Below, in pieces: positions 9,348 to 17,247 of a stretch of 32,759 nucleotides of DNA. The notes below the pieces were generated by a model that saw only the letters and a program-made list of their open reading frames with translations, did not search any database and was not told where the DNA came from. A program made the translations under genes and the position numbers. Position 1 is the stretch's first letter; every line of letters starts with the position of its first letter. The stretch is from a virus (Duplodnaviria; Heunggongvirae; Uroviricota; Caudoviricetes), in IMG/VR virus record IMGVR_UViG_3300010883_000008, positions 66,668 through 99,426 of that record; one strand, written 5' to 3'.

Positions 9348-9536
9348 CTACGTCCGATCTTCGTGACCGGATGACCCGTCTGACGCGTCTGGGTCTGTAG
9401 CCGGTACGGGAATGACTTGTAGGAAGGTTCCGGTGATACGAAGGAATACTTCATCCCCCGTGATAGCCGCAACCTCAATTTCTAGGTTGTTGTCAATTAC
9501 GATATTTTCACTGATTTCACGTGATAAGACGAGCAT
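9348..9536 (-). CDS. csrA: CsrA/RsmA-like protein (divergent C-terminus)
   Basis: MLVLSREISENIVIDNNLEIEVAAITGDEVFLRI matches CsrA beta-strands 1-4; start revised to ATG 9536. Confidence 0.7.
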   Translation of the reverse strand: MLVLSREISENIVIDNNLEIEVAAITGDEVFLRITGTFLQVIPVPATDPDASDGSSGHEDRT

Positions 9537-9545
9537 AGAGCCCTC

Positions 9546-9584
9546 AAAAAAGAAGAGGGCCGGACCCTCGCAAGGAGTCCGACC
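9546..9584 (-). terminator. Intrinsic terminator directly upstream of the csrA-like RBS
   Basis: RNA GGUCGGACUC-cuugcga-GGGUCCGGCC-CUCUUCUUUUUU. Confidence 0.75.
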
Positions 9585-9625
9585 CACCAGATCCAGTAGT
9601 GGCTTAGTCCTACACCACCACCTGA

Positions 9626-10042
9626 TTATGCAGTCGGAGCCGTTGCGTCGGTTGCCGTAGCACTTGTCGGAGCCGGTTCTTCGGTAGATGCAGCATCAAG
9701 CAATTGCGACCACTTACGGGAGGCAGCTTTGTGCTGTTTGCGGAGTTCTTTCACGTCAGCAGTCGAGCTATCGCGAAGGAGCTTTCGAGCAGCGTTCAGG
9801 GACTCTTGGGACATAGTGACAGCCGCTTTGGTCTTGGTGACCAGTTCGCCGCGTCGTGCCGCGATCTTCCCGTCGAGTTCGGACTGGAGCGAGGCTAGAT
9901 GACCGCGAATTTCTTCGGCGGAAGGCATCTCAGGAGCAGGTGCCGCAGCACAGGCTTCCGTGTCATCACAACATGTGACAATAGGTTCGGAACTTTCCGT
10001 AGCTGCTACGGCGGGGGCTGAGGGAGTAGAAACAGTGTTCAT
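9626..10042 (-). CDS. Ala-rich, probably coiled-coil hypothetical protein
   Basis: Start revised to ATG 10042 with a GGAGG SD. Confidence 0.7.
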   Translation of the reverse strand: MNTVSTPSAPAVAATESSEPIVTCCDDTEACAAAPAPEMPSAEEIRGHLASLQSELDGKIAARRGELVTKTKAAVTMSQESLNAARKLLRDSSTADVKELRKQHKAASRKWSQLLDAASTEEPAPTSATATDATAPTA

Positions 10043-10072
10043 GGGTGGATTCCTCCGGGTAAGTGTAAAGGC

Positions 10073-10088
10073 GTGCAATCGATTGCAC
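10073..10088. repeat. Dispersed palindrome copy 4 (N4, perfect 16-bp palindrome), GTGCAATCGATTGCAC, intergenic
   Basis: Read directly; 30 nt upstream of ATG 10042. Confidence 0.88.
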
Positions 10089-10115
10089 TTGAAACAACGT
10101 AGTAATTGAACCGTC

Positions 10116-10144
10116 AATATAGCATCAAACGACCAAGCGGGCAA
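10116..10144 (-). promoter_or_regulatory. Possible sigma70 promoter TTGCCC-N17-TATATT
   Basis: -35 at 10144-10139, -10 at 10121-10116. Confidence 0.4.
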
Positions 10145-10457
10145 GTTCTTCTTTGGACAAATCCGTTTCGTCCTTTGGGTTGTCATCCCGGAAGACTACC
10201 TCGTGGTCAGCGGGGATCTTCCATTCCGTTCGTCGGGGAACGCTGAAACCACACATACGTAAGGCTTCATACAAAGTAACCATAGCCCTCTCCCCGAATC
10301 CAAACCTTGAGAAGAGTTCTTCTCGCCGCCAAGACAGCAGGTCAGAGACCGTCTGAATGTTGGCCTTAGCCAGAACATTCATAGTCCGTACAGTGACTCC
10401 GTATATTTCTAGGGATGCGATATCCTTATCCATCCAGGCTAGTGTTCGTGGATTCAT
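10125..10457 (-). CDS. Stand-alone RNA polymerase alpha subunit C-terminal-domain-like protein
   Basis: IASLEIYGVTVRTMNVLAKANIQTVSDLLSWRREELFSRFGFGERAMVTLYEAL aligns by eye with alpha-CTD (LTVRSANCL...IGDL...ELL...NLGKKSL.EI...L). Confidence 0.75.
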   Translation of the reverse strand: MNPRTLAWMDKDIASLEIYGVTVRTMNVLAKANIQTVSDLLSWRREELFSRFGFGERAMVTLYEALRMCGFSVPRRTEWKIPADHEVVFRDDNPKDETDLSKEELARLVV

Positions 10458-10681
10458 TATTTCTCATGCCAGTGAAAGGTTTGCTCGGAACAGGTCTTAT
10501 GGACATGGGCTTGCTGAACCGAAGTCCAGGCTGTACCCGTTACCATGTAGAAGAATCTATTAGCAGCGGGGTCAAATTTCATCACTTCTAGAGTACCATC
10601 CAGCACTTGTTCTATGTCAGCATCAGTAGGGGCAGTAGCCGCCTGTGCGGTGGTGCCGTCCTCAAAGATGTAAAGGTACAT
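10457..10681 (-). CDS. Hypothetical protein (MYLYIFEDGT...)
   Basis: Start revised to ATG 10681 (TAATG overlap, GGAGG SD). Confidence 0.7.
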   Translation of the reverse strand: MYLYIFEDGTTAQAATAPTDADIEQVLDGTLEVMKFDPAANRFFYMVTGTAWTSVQQAHVHKTCSEQTFHWHEK

Positions 10682-10803
10682 TAATCGTCCTCCGCTTCTG
10701 CCAGTAATGCAGATTCCATACGGGCTGTAGCAACACACTGACACACGATCATAATCACACCCGCTAACAGACCAACAGGTATTCCTAGTAAATCATAAGG
10801 CAT
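10681..10803 (-). CDS. Small membrane protein (40 aa)
   Basis: MPYDLLGIPVGLLAGVIMIVCQCVAT...; one hydrophobic segment; stop is coupled to the next start. Confidence 0.5.
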   Translation of the reverse strand: MPYDLLGIPVGLLAGVIMIVCQCVATARMESALLAEAEDD

Positions 10804-10859
10804 CGTGCAGGTCCAATCTGCGGCTCGCCGCGAGTTGATGTTTTGTGTTAATTTATATA

Positions 10860-10875
10860 GTGCAATTGGTTGCAC
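10860..10875. repeat. Dispersed palindrome copy 5 (N4), GTGCAATTGGTTGCAC, intergenic, flanked by TGTGTTAATT direct repeats
   Basis: TGTGTTAATT at 10844-10853 and 10876-10885. Confidence 0.88.
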
Positions 10876-10945
10876 TGTGTTAATTATTGGTCGTACACAG
10901 CATATGGGCTATTTATATTAAACCCCAACGGAACAACGTTCCTAT

Positions 10946-10974
10946 AGGATAACACCAAAACCTTGTCCCGTCAA
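10946..10974 (-). promoter_or_regulatory. sigma70-type promoter TTGACG-N17-TATCCT
   Basis: -35 at 10974-10969 (contains the upstream TGA stop), -10 at 10951-10946. Confidence 0.55.
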
Positions 10975-11477
10975 GCAAGGCTTCCGGGTGTCAAATATGC
11001 TTCCAAAGAGGGCAGCAGTATTGACCACTTTAGGGCGTGTTCTCCGGCCAGGTGTTTCCGTTCGTTAAATACTGTCTGTAAGGTCAGCTTAGTTTTGTCC
11101 CGAGCAGTTTTCATTTTGGTGTACTTTGCATCGCACACGTGATCCACCGCTTCTTGGGCCTCAGCGAGTTTCTTCGTGTAAAAGTTCCGTTGTTTGTCAC
11201 CCTCCGCCGTAGCGGGGATCTTGGCATAGTCCAACTTGCTTTTCCACAGAGCCACTTGTTTGTACGCCGCATCCAAGTGAATCTTGGTAGGTCCCAGAGG
11301 GGCCACTAGCTCATATGCCTCAAAGGCTTTTCGAGCGTCCACATAGGCAAGAATGATTTCCGCTATAGGTTGCTGCAATTCGGGGCAATCCCGAATAGCC
11401 AGATCAGCTTCGAGTTTGGCTTCCTTGAGTTTCAACGTGTTGAATCGTTCCTCAAGGGTTTTGATTGCTTTAGCCAT
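10971..11477 (-). CDS. Hypothetical helical protein
   Basis: Start revised to ATG 11477 (GGAGGAG SD, TAATG overlap). Confidence 0.7.
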   Translation of the reverse strand: MAKAIKTLEERFNTLKLKEAKLEADLAIRDCPELQQPIAEIILAYVDARKAFEAYELVAPLGPTKIHLDAAYKQVALWKSKLDYAKIPATAEGDKQRNFYTKKLAEAQEAVDHVCDAKYTKMKTARDKTKLTLQTVFNERKHLAGEHALKWSILLPSLEAYLTPGSLA

Positions 11478-12001
11478 TAAGATAGCTCCTCCATAAGACG
11501 TTTCCCGTCGAGTTCTCGTATATGTATGTTGAAGACTTTCATCTTGTGGAGATCCGAGGCACACGGGTTTCCCGAAAAGACAAGCAGTGCCCCTATCGCC
11601 TCCCCGCGAAATACCGCCCCCGCTCCATGTATCTTAAGGTAGGCCGTCGCGTTTGCTTTGAACTTGGAGATGATCATTGCCCGCTCAAGTTTGTCGGCCT
11701 CGTCCGCAGACGCCCCCATCATAGACGAGAGATCCGCCCAGGAGCTTTTTTCTGGGGTGGCGGCTCGGATAAGAATTTCCGTCCAGGCGTCCTCAAATAT
11801 CAGCTTTCCGCAGATATTCTTAATGCAGATCCGAGCAGTCTTGGATCTATCCGCCGTGGGCCATAGCGTGACCCATTTTTTTACATGCTCTTGGCAGATT
11901 ACACATTCCGCTCCCCCCGGGCTGGCATGGTGAGAATGCTCCAGGGGAGACTGACGCCGTATTGCATCAGCCACGTCTTTGTCAAGGTACAGATCAGTCA
12001 T
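11477..12001 (-). CDS. Hypothetical protein with CxxC and His-rich segment
   Basis: ORF track starts at 12070; ATG 12001 is preferred because it follows the upstream stop. Confidence 0.6.
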   Translation of the reverse strand: MTDLYLDKDVADAIRRQSPLEHSHHASPGGAECVICQEHVKKWVTLWPTADRSKTARICIKNICGKLIFEDAWTEILIRAATPEKSSWADLSSMMGASADEADKLERAMIISKFKANATAYLKIHGAGAVFRGEAIGALLVFSGNPCASDLHKMKVFNIHIRELDGKRLMEELS

Positions 12002-12003
12002 GA

Positions 12004-12405
12004 TTAGCTCGTATGTATTGCGGACTCCGTCACCCGACGTATCCGACGTTCTTGCTCCCAAATCAACCACGAGTAGTTGTCGCCATGAAGTTCGACTCGT
12101 TCGCGTACTCGGCGGGCGTTGGCATCATCCCACTCCAATACTTTGAACGTGTCGGGGTCAAGGTCGACGAGGTATTTATACCCAATGAACCCCTCCCGGT
12201 CAACCATTTCTTCTCCTATTTCGGGATCAATTATGACCCCTGAATGATATTCCTCATCACGATAGAAGAAGACCCCCAAGTCTCGAAGGTATTTCAAAGC
12301 CAATTCTAGGTCCTCCCCGGGGTCCGCATACGGGTCCTCAGGGAGTTCAAATTGAGTTCGAGCTTCGCGGGGGAGAGGTTTCAAGGTATAGATCTGGGCG
12401 AACAT
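12004..12405 (-). CDS. Acidic hypothetical protein
   Basis: 133-aa ORF tiling between neighbours. Confidence 0.65.
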   Translation of the reverse strand: MFAQIYTLKPLPREARTQFELPEDPYADPGEDLELALKYLRDLGVFFYRDEEYHSGVIIDPEIGEEMVDREGFIGYKYLVDLDPDTFKVLEWDDANARRVRERVELHGDNYSWLIWEQERRIRRVTESAIHTS

Positions 12406-12406
12406 G

Positions 12407-12754
12407 TTAAACTAGCTCACAAATTAGGGCCGTGCCTCGATTGTTTTGACGCACGACTCGTAGCCGCGTGACCGTCAGATTTTCCGTACTCCCACCGTTT
12501 TGAGCAATAAGCTCGTCTTGGGCGTGAGGTAGGATCAAGCATTTCAAACCTCGACTCGATTCCATCAGGAACCAGCCGGTAGCTTCATCATCGATCAGAG
12601 CATTGGCGAACATGATTCGCTTAGGGCCTTGTCCGATGTCCGGCTTGTTGTCAAGGAATATCGACACAGGTTCCTTTGAGAAGGATTCAAGAATAGTCCC
12701 CGCCGAAGGTTTCTGGTCTAGTAGTGATTTGAAGTCGTTTGGTGCATCAGTCAT
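12407..12754 (-). CDS. Hypothetical protein
   Basis: 115-aa ORF tiling between neighbours. Confidence 0.65.
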   Translation of the reverse strand: MTDAPNDFKSLLDQKPSAGTILESFSKEPVSIFLDNKPDIGQGPKRIMFANALIDDEATGWFLMESSRGLKCLILPHAQDELIAQNGGSTENLTVTRLRVVRQNNRGTALICELV

Positions 12755-13274
12755 TGAGCCACTCAGTATATTGCTTATGTTCCGTCCACTTCGAGGGGAG
12801 CTTAATATCCACAGCTTTTTTCAGCCCGGATCTAACTTCATTCAACCGAGGAACATCTATCGCAAGACGGATGAACTCGGCCCTCTCCGCAGGGGTCCAA
12901 AGGTTTCGAGTTTTCAGCAGGGCTCGGAGGTCGTCCTCCACGTCCCACAACTTCTGGTTTGTACTCAATAAGTCATGATACTCAGGTAATGTTACAATCG
13001 GGAAAAACAGGTAGTCGTCTAGGGCAGCGGCTATCTCGATACCTTGTGCAAACGATTGCACAGATGCGGTCCCGGTTAGCCGTTGTCCTTTGATGGTTAG
13101 GATAGTTAGTCGATCCACTAAGTCCCCATAGCTCGTGGACAGGGTGGGAGCGACTTCTCGAAGGGATTTGCCCCACCTATTCAGACGCTTTATCAGTCCC
13201 ACTCGGGGCCGCGTCCATAACAGCTTTGCGATTAGTGTAAGTACGACCCGTAAGGCTCTCTTTAGGAAATTCAT
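12747..13274 (-). CDS. DUF6165-like protein
   Basis: SYGDLVDRLTILTIK...NQKLWDVEDDLR...EFIRLA..V..LNEVRSGLKKAVD...S...EHKQY; the start is uncertain (about 100-nt overlap with the upstream ORF). Confidence 0.65.
   Translation of the reverse strand: MNFLKRALRVVLTLIAKLLWTRPRVGLIKRLNRWGKSLREVAPTLSTSYGDLVDRLTILTIKGQRLTGTASVQSFAQGIEIAAALDDYLFFPIVTLPEYHDLLSTNQKLWDVEDDLRALLKTRNLWTPAERAEFIRLAIDVPRLNEVRSGLKKAVDIKLPSKWTEHKQYTEWLND
13046..13061. repeat. Dispersed palindrome copy 6 (N4), GTGCAAACGATTGCAC, in CDS
   Basis: Read directly; encodes VQSFAQ. Confidence 0.85.
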
Positions 13275-13689
13275 GTAATTTCAAATACGGCAATGGGTTA
13301 GCCTGTATCTCCTCACACATGTTACGTATTTCAAGCTCATGCTCAAATACTTTGTTGAAGTATTTTTCCCAATCGGTGTCTACCGTGGAATACTTCATCA
13401 AAGTTACTGCATGAGCCAGCCGAGTCTTCAATATACTGAAATTTCGAGAAGTCCGCAAGTAGATCTCATCCCGCAACTGTTTCATCTCAAATCTCGTTCG
13501 GAGAAGATCGTCTATTAGGAGATCATCCGAAAGTTCTTCGTGTGAGATCTGCTCAAGAAAGTTGAATACTGGCTCATGGCGACGTATTCTGCTGCAATGC
13601 CATTCCAGCCGGTCTCGGTGGGATATATTTTGTAGGGACTCTGGGAACTCATCATCAAGCACTCCCAGTAGAGGGTTGTCCATGCTCAT
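13177..13689 (-). CDS. Hypothetical helical protein
   Basis: 170-aa ORF. Confidence 0.6.
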   Translation of the reverse strand: MSMDNPLLGVLDDEFPESLQNISHRDRLEWHCSRIRRHEPVFNFLEQISHEELSDDLLIDDLLRTRFEMKQLRDEIYLRTSRNFSILKTRLAHAVTLMKYSTVDTDWEKYFNKVFEHELEIRNMCEEIQANPLPYLKLHEFPKESLTGRTYTNRKAVMDAAPSGTDKASE

Positions 13690-14254
13690 ATTCGATCCGT
13701 TGTATTTCCGCTAAAATGCCGTAAGCTGCTTGGGCGTCATATAGACCCCGGTGAGCGTACTCGTCTTCGTATGGAACTCCAAAGCGTTTACAGCAATTCT
13801 TCAATCCCCAAGATCGGGGCTTGATGCCATACCACGCACAGAATCCATACATCCACGAAGCTATATCAAATACGAAACCTGGGTGTGGATAACCCAAGTG
13901 ATACTTTTGGTACGCGGCTCGCAGCCATCCATGATCGTTAAGAGCATGAAACGCTGCCAGCCGTGTTCGGTTGAAGTCTGTGAATTCACAGAAGCATTCC
14001 CATGCCTTATCCCAAGTGGGGGCATCTTCCAACATCTCGGGAGTTATCCCCGTGATTCTAGTCGTTTGATCGGTGACAAACGCCATATTCTTAGGTTTGA
14101 TTAACTGCGAGTACGTATCTATTATAGAGAGGTCTCGCCCGATTTTAACGGCACCTAGATCGATCATTTCTGGGTGTGTTCCGTTAGATCGAGCTTCCTC
14201 CACATCAGAAACCTCCAGATCGATGATTACCATAGTGTCGTAGAAACTGATCAT
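13655..14254 (-). CDS. DEDDh 3'-5' exonuclease (DnaQ/KapD-like)
   Basis: IIDLEV, EMIDLGAV, DHGWL, HRGLYDA. Confidence 0.88.
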   Translation of the reverse strand: MISFYDTMVIIDLEVSDVEEARSNGTHPEMIDLGAVKIGRDLSIIDTYSQLIKPKNMAFVTDQTTRITGITPEMLEDAPTWDKAWECFCEFTDFNRTRLAAFHALNDHGWLRAAYQKYHLGYPHPGFVFDIASWMYGFCAWYGIKPRSWGLKNCCKRFGVPYEDEYAHRGLYDAQAAYGILAEIQRIEYEHGQPSTGSA

Positions 14255-14547
14255 TTTCTTTTCCCGTCGTACCCATTGGCACTGTTAACTAAGGCATCAG
14301 AACGTTTGTCCCCTTTGTCCTTGCCGTGACGTTGCTCCATGAGATCGAAGACTTCACCCAGGTTCCCGACAACCCATGAGGCTAAATGTCGGCACATCTT
14401 GGGGCGTTTCTTAGAGTGCATCCAGCCGGGGCAAGAGCAGTAGAAGACATCGTCTCGACCGAGCTTGATGTCATAGAATCCTAGTCCCCGAGAAGAGGGG
14501 ACCGAGGCTAGAGTTTGTGTCTGCGTTTGATTGGGGAACAGCGACAT
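14251..14547 (-). CDS. SWIM zinc-finger protein
   Basis: Y.I.....FYCSCPGW.......MCRHL. Confidence 0.75.
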   Translation of the reverse strand: MSLFPNQTQTQTLASVPSSRGLGFYDIKLGRDDVFYCSCPGWMHSKKRPKMCRHLASWVVGNLGEVFDLMEQRHGKDKGDKRSDALVNSANGYDGKRK

Positions 14548-14584
14548 ATCAATACTCCACAGGTTCAGTTAGTAGGTTTCCCCC

Positions 14585-14613
14585 AATATATCCAGTCGTC
14601 AGCTTAATGTCAA
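14585..14613 (-). promoter_or_regulatory. sigma70-type promoter TTGACA-N17-TATATT
   Basis: -35 at 14613-14608 (contains the upstream TGA stop), A-tract upstream, -10 at 14590-14585. Confidence 0.8.
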
Positions 14614-14834
14614 TTTTTCTTTACTGTATTTTGGAAGAAGTAAAGGGCTCCCAGCATTAAGACTACGTACTGAGGGATTAGATACGTAGGCCCTCCCGTC
14701 CAGTAGTGGAAAATCGTAGCTACGGCGGTAGCCAGTACCGGCAAGCTGATTCGCGAAGTGTCCCCGATACCTAACCGGTACTGCGGGGAACCTTCGGACA
14801 TTTTCTTAACTAGAGTCTTGATTTGCTCGGTCAT
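14610..14834 (-). CDS. Small two-TM membrane protein (holin-like topology)
   Basis: Two hydrophobic segments and a basic C-terminus (VKKN). Confidence 0.55.
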   Translation of the reverse strand: MTEQIKTLVKKMSEGSPQYRLGIGDTSRISLPVLATAVATIFHYWTGGPTYLIPQYVVLMLGALYFFQNTVKKN

Positions 14835-15159
14835 GATGGTTTCTCATTATTCGGCGGAAAGTAACTTTGTCGGGAGTGTCCGAGCGGTCAGAGGTACTGA
14901 AAAAATACATAAAGAACAGGTCGAGTAGTATCTTTAGGATAAACCAAACTATCGGGTTTTTGTACTCTTGAGGGAGATCCGCATATACTTCTCGGGCAGT
15001 GACTTTTTTACCCCCCACTTTCTGGAGGTTCACGACACTGCGAAGGATCTGTTTAGTCGAATTACCCGAAAATCTTCGAGCCATCCGCAATCGAAAACTT
15101 CGCTTCTGGAGGATGTCCAAGAGTTGAGATTCTCGGGCCGGTGATAGGTGATCAACCAT
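14806..15159 (-). CDS. Basic hypothetical protein with one hydrophobic segment
   Basis: IVWFILKILLDLFFMYFF segment. Confidence 0.6.
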   Translation of the reverse strand: MVDHLSPARESQLLDILQKRSFRLRMARRFSGNSTKQILRSVVNLQKVGGKKVTAREVYADLPQEYKNPIVWFILKILLDLFFMYFFSTSDRSDTPDKVTFRRIMRNHHDRANQDSS

Positions 15160-15328
15160 TGCGTTCTGCCCAGTCTTGTACGGATTTTAAGGTGGTTATC
15201 GCCTGCCGTAGAACCTTCTGAACGTCCGGATGCTTTATCGCGGACTCGGCAATACTATCAGACGTTGGAAGCCAAGAGCCTCGGGGTCGACCTAAGCCCT
15301 CGTCACTACGTTCGCGTTCATCGGACAC
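15152..15328 (-). CDS. Small hypothetical protein (58 aa), not in the ORF track
   Basis: GTG start with GGAG SD; MSDERERSDEGLGRPRGSWLPTSDSIAESAIKHPDVQKVLRQAITTLKSVQDWAERNG; fills the gap exactly. Confidence 0.6.
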   Translation of the reverse strand: MSDERERSDEGLGRPRGSWLPTSDSIAESAIKHPDVQKVLRQAITTLKSVQDWAERNG

Positions 15329-15330
15329 GG

Positions 15331-15729
15331 TTATCTCCTAAATCGACCAAAGATTCGTTTACGTTGATATGTCTTCTGTGAATACGTTTTGGTTGCGGGA
15401 GCAACTACGTTAGTAGGTGCTTGTCGCGTAGGAACTTTACACGTCCCCGAAGAACCGTCCAACTGCGGAGCGTTCTTATCAGAGGTCAGTTGCGGGATCT
15501 GAGGGAGAGGCTCCACGTATTCCGGAATCACACTGAGTCCGCATTCGCAACCTGGGCACACGCAACCACATTGACACTTAGATAGTGCAACCGATTGCAC
15601 TGCGGGTTCATCGGCTACAGGTTTTGTAACTACCGGGTCAGAAAGGTCCGAGGACGCACCCGTGCTTAACACGAGGCCCAGACTCAGAGCTAACGCAACA
15701 CCCAAAATTGAAGCTGTGGTATGTGACAT
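15331..15729 (-). CDS. Secreted or membrane-anchored Cys-cluster protein
   Basis: Signal-like N-terminus, CQCGCVCPGCECG, Arg-rich tail. Confidence 0.65.
   Translation of the reverse strand: MSHTTASILGVALALSLGLVLSTGASSDLSDPVVTKPVADEPAVQSVALSKCQCGCVCPGCECGLSVIPEYVEPLPQIPQLTSDKNAPQLDGSSGTCKVPTRQAPTNVVAPATKTYSQKTYQRKRIFGRFRR
15585..15600. repeat. Dispersed palindrome copy 7 (N4), GTGCAACCGATTGCAC, in CDS
   Basis: Read directly; encodes VQSVAL. Confidence 0.85.
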
Positions 15730-15738
15730 GATTTCCCT

Positions 15739-16518
15739 TTAGGAAGTGACGGCTACGCGAGGGGCGACCGCGTCATCCGGAGTAGACTTGGATTCATTCA
15801 ACACAAAGTATCCCCGATCCCCGTAACTCTCACCCCAAGAGTTCATCTGACCGGTCCCATATCCGCCATTCTTCAACCTCAAAGGGTCCAATGCTGAGGT
15901 TTCGTGTCCCCACCAATCATACCCTACAGCTACAGGAATGCGATGAAATAGGCAACTCATTAGTTCTGAGAAGTTTCGGGGTCGCAAATCCCACCACTCT
16001 AGAACTTTGAAATCTTTTGCACTCGTCCAAGCCTCTTCGGTGTCATATCTACGGTCTATCGCGTTGACGGGCCACAATTCAGCGGGTACACAGCCATGCT
16101 CAACCATGTAAGCAAGTCCCTGCGTTCCCCATCCGCCCGAGTTCCGGAACCCTTTTATCTTGGCTCCAACACTTGCGGGGGAGAGTTCAACATGAGGCAT
16201 TCCCGAAACTACACGAGACGCCTCCAAGCAATATACTGGAGCGTTAATCCAGCAATAGTTCGTTCGTGCCTGATTCTTACATTTCAGGCCCGCTTGCCGA
16301 ATCAAGTCAGACAGCCGCGTCTTAGTGCGTTCCATCTCCTCAATACGTTCGTCCCATTCCGACTTATCCACAAGTAAGTGTGACGGAAACCCTCCCGAGA
16401 AAGCATTGCTCGCAAAGGGGTCTTTTTGCCAGTCTCGACGTTCCAGGCCCCGCCCCATCTCTGAGGGGAAGAGTTCCGTGTCCAAGGCTTTAGGATTGAT
16501 GTCGGATATGAAACTCAT
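15739..16518 (-). CDS. Papain-like (C1) cysteine peptidase
   Basis: KNQARTNYCW (oxyanion Gln plus catalytic Cys), WWGHET (His), MNSWGESYGDRGY (Asn). Confidence 0.8.
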   Translation of the reverse strand: MSFISDINPKALDTELFPSEMGRGLERRDWQKDPFASNAFSGGFPSHLLVDKSEWDERIEEMERTKTRLSDLIRQAGLKCKNQARTNYCWINAPVYCLEASRVVSGMPHVELSPASVGAKIKGFRNSGGWGTQGLAYMVEHGCVPAELWPVNAIDRRYDTEEAWTSAKDFKVLEWWDLRPRNFSELMSCLFHRIPVAVGYDWWGHETSALDPLRLKNGGYGTGQMNSWGESYGDRGYFVLNESKSTPDDAVAPRVAVTS

Positions 16519-16934
16519 TCCAAGTTCTCCAAGATAGCTAAAACTTCCGACTCTTGAGCGGGTAGAGTTACGGATACTCCCGATTTGCCGTTACTTGCCG
16601 CCAACCAGGGCAACTCGTCCCGAGGAAGGTCCATAGCGTCCTTAACCCATTGAGGCGTACTATCAGAGAATACCGCGTGTTGATCCAACTTGCGGAAATC
16701 CCCACCTTGTTCAGTAATGTAGGCCCGAATCTTGGTACTGTATAGTACCGCTCCCCGATCCCCCGGCTCCCCCGATTCTTCTACGAATAGTACGCAAAGT
16801 TTATCTGCGGGAAAGGGGGCGGGATCTCCGCCTATAATAGGTAGCCCCGCGTCTTGCAGGACTACCACCAAACTAAACACCCAGCACGCTACCGCCAGTA
16901 GGGTTACCCAACTTCGAGAACTCGCAGGATTCAT
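16515..16934 (-). CDS. Membrane-anchored thioredoxin-fold-like protein without CxxC
   Basis: N-terminal TM, then V.FVEE...FRKLDQ...RDELPWL, a beta/alpha pattern; weak call. Confidence 0.4.
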   Translation of the reverse strand: MNPASSRSWVTLLAVACWVFSLVVVLQDAGLPIIGGDPAPFPADKLCVLFVEESGEPGDRGAVLYSTKIRAYITEQGGDFRKLDQHAVFSDSTPQWVKDAMDLPRDELPWLAASNGKSGVSVTLPAQESEVLAILENLE

Positions 16935-17209
16935 TCTTCGTGTTCCTCATTCACAGGTACAATGTAGTCTCGGAATACGTTACGAAGAGTCTGAATGTGG
17001 TCCTCACAGACATCACATTTGTTACATACTTTTTCCACGTGAATCATAAGCTCAAACATGGACGTACGTCGACTCTGCGTAGGTACTGCCAAAGTAGACT
17101 TCGGCCACCCTGCCAAAAGTGTCTTCTGGAGGGTGGGCCACGATGACCAGATGATCAAGACGGATGAGATCGCTAGACCTACATATCCCGCCCAGGTTGG
17201 TATTGCCAT
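16931..17209 (-). CDS. Small membrane protein
   Basis: N-terminal TM, CNKCDVC. Confidence 0.6.
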   Translation of the reverse strand: MAIPTWAGYVGLAISSVLIIWSSWPTLQKTLLAGWPKSTLAVPTQSRRTSMFELMIHVEKVCNKCDVCEDHIQTLRNVFRDYIVPVNEEHEE

Positions 17210-17247
17210 GGTGAATGCTCCCTATAGAGGTGCGTGGACAGAGGCAC

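Noticed and set aside
10043-10186. N-terminal extension of ORF 9626-10186 (MTTQRTKR...CFKC)
   Set aside because: It overlaps the alpha-CTD gene and a promoter; ATG 10042 has a strong GGAGG SD.
10910-10917. TATAAATA, identical to the T4 late promoter consensus
   Set aside because: A single copy in an AT-rich gap, with no gp55-like sigma factor or T4-like genes in the window, so it was not called as a late promoter.
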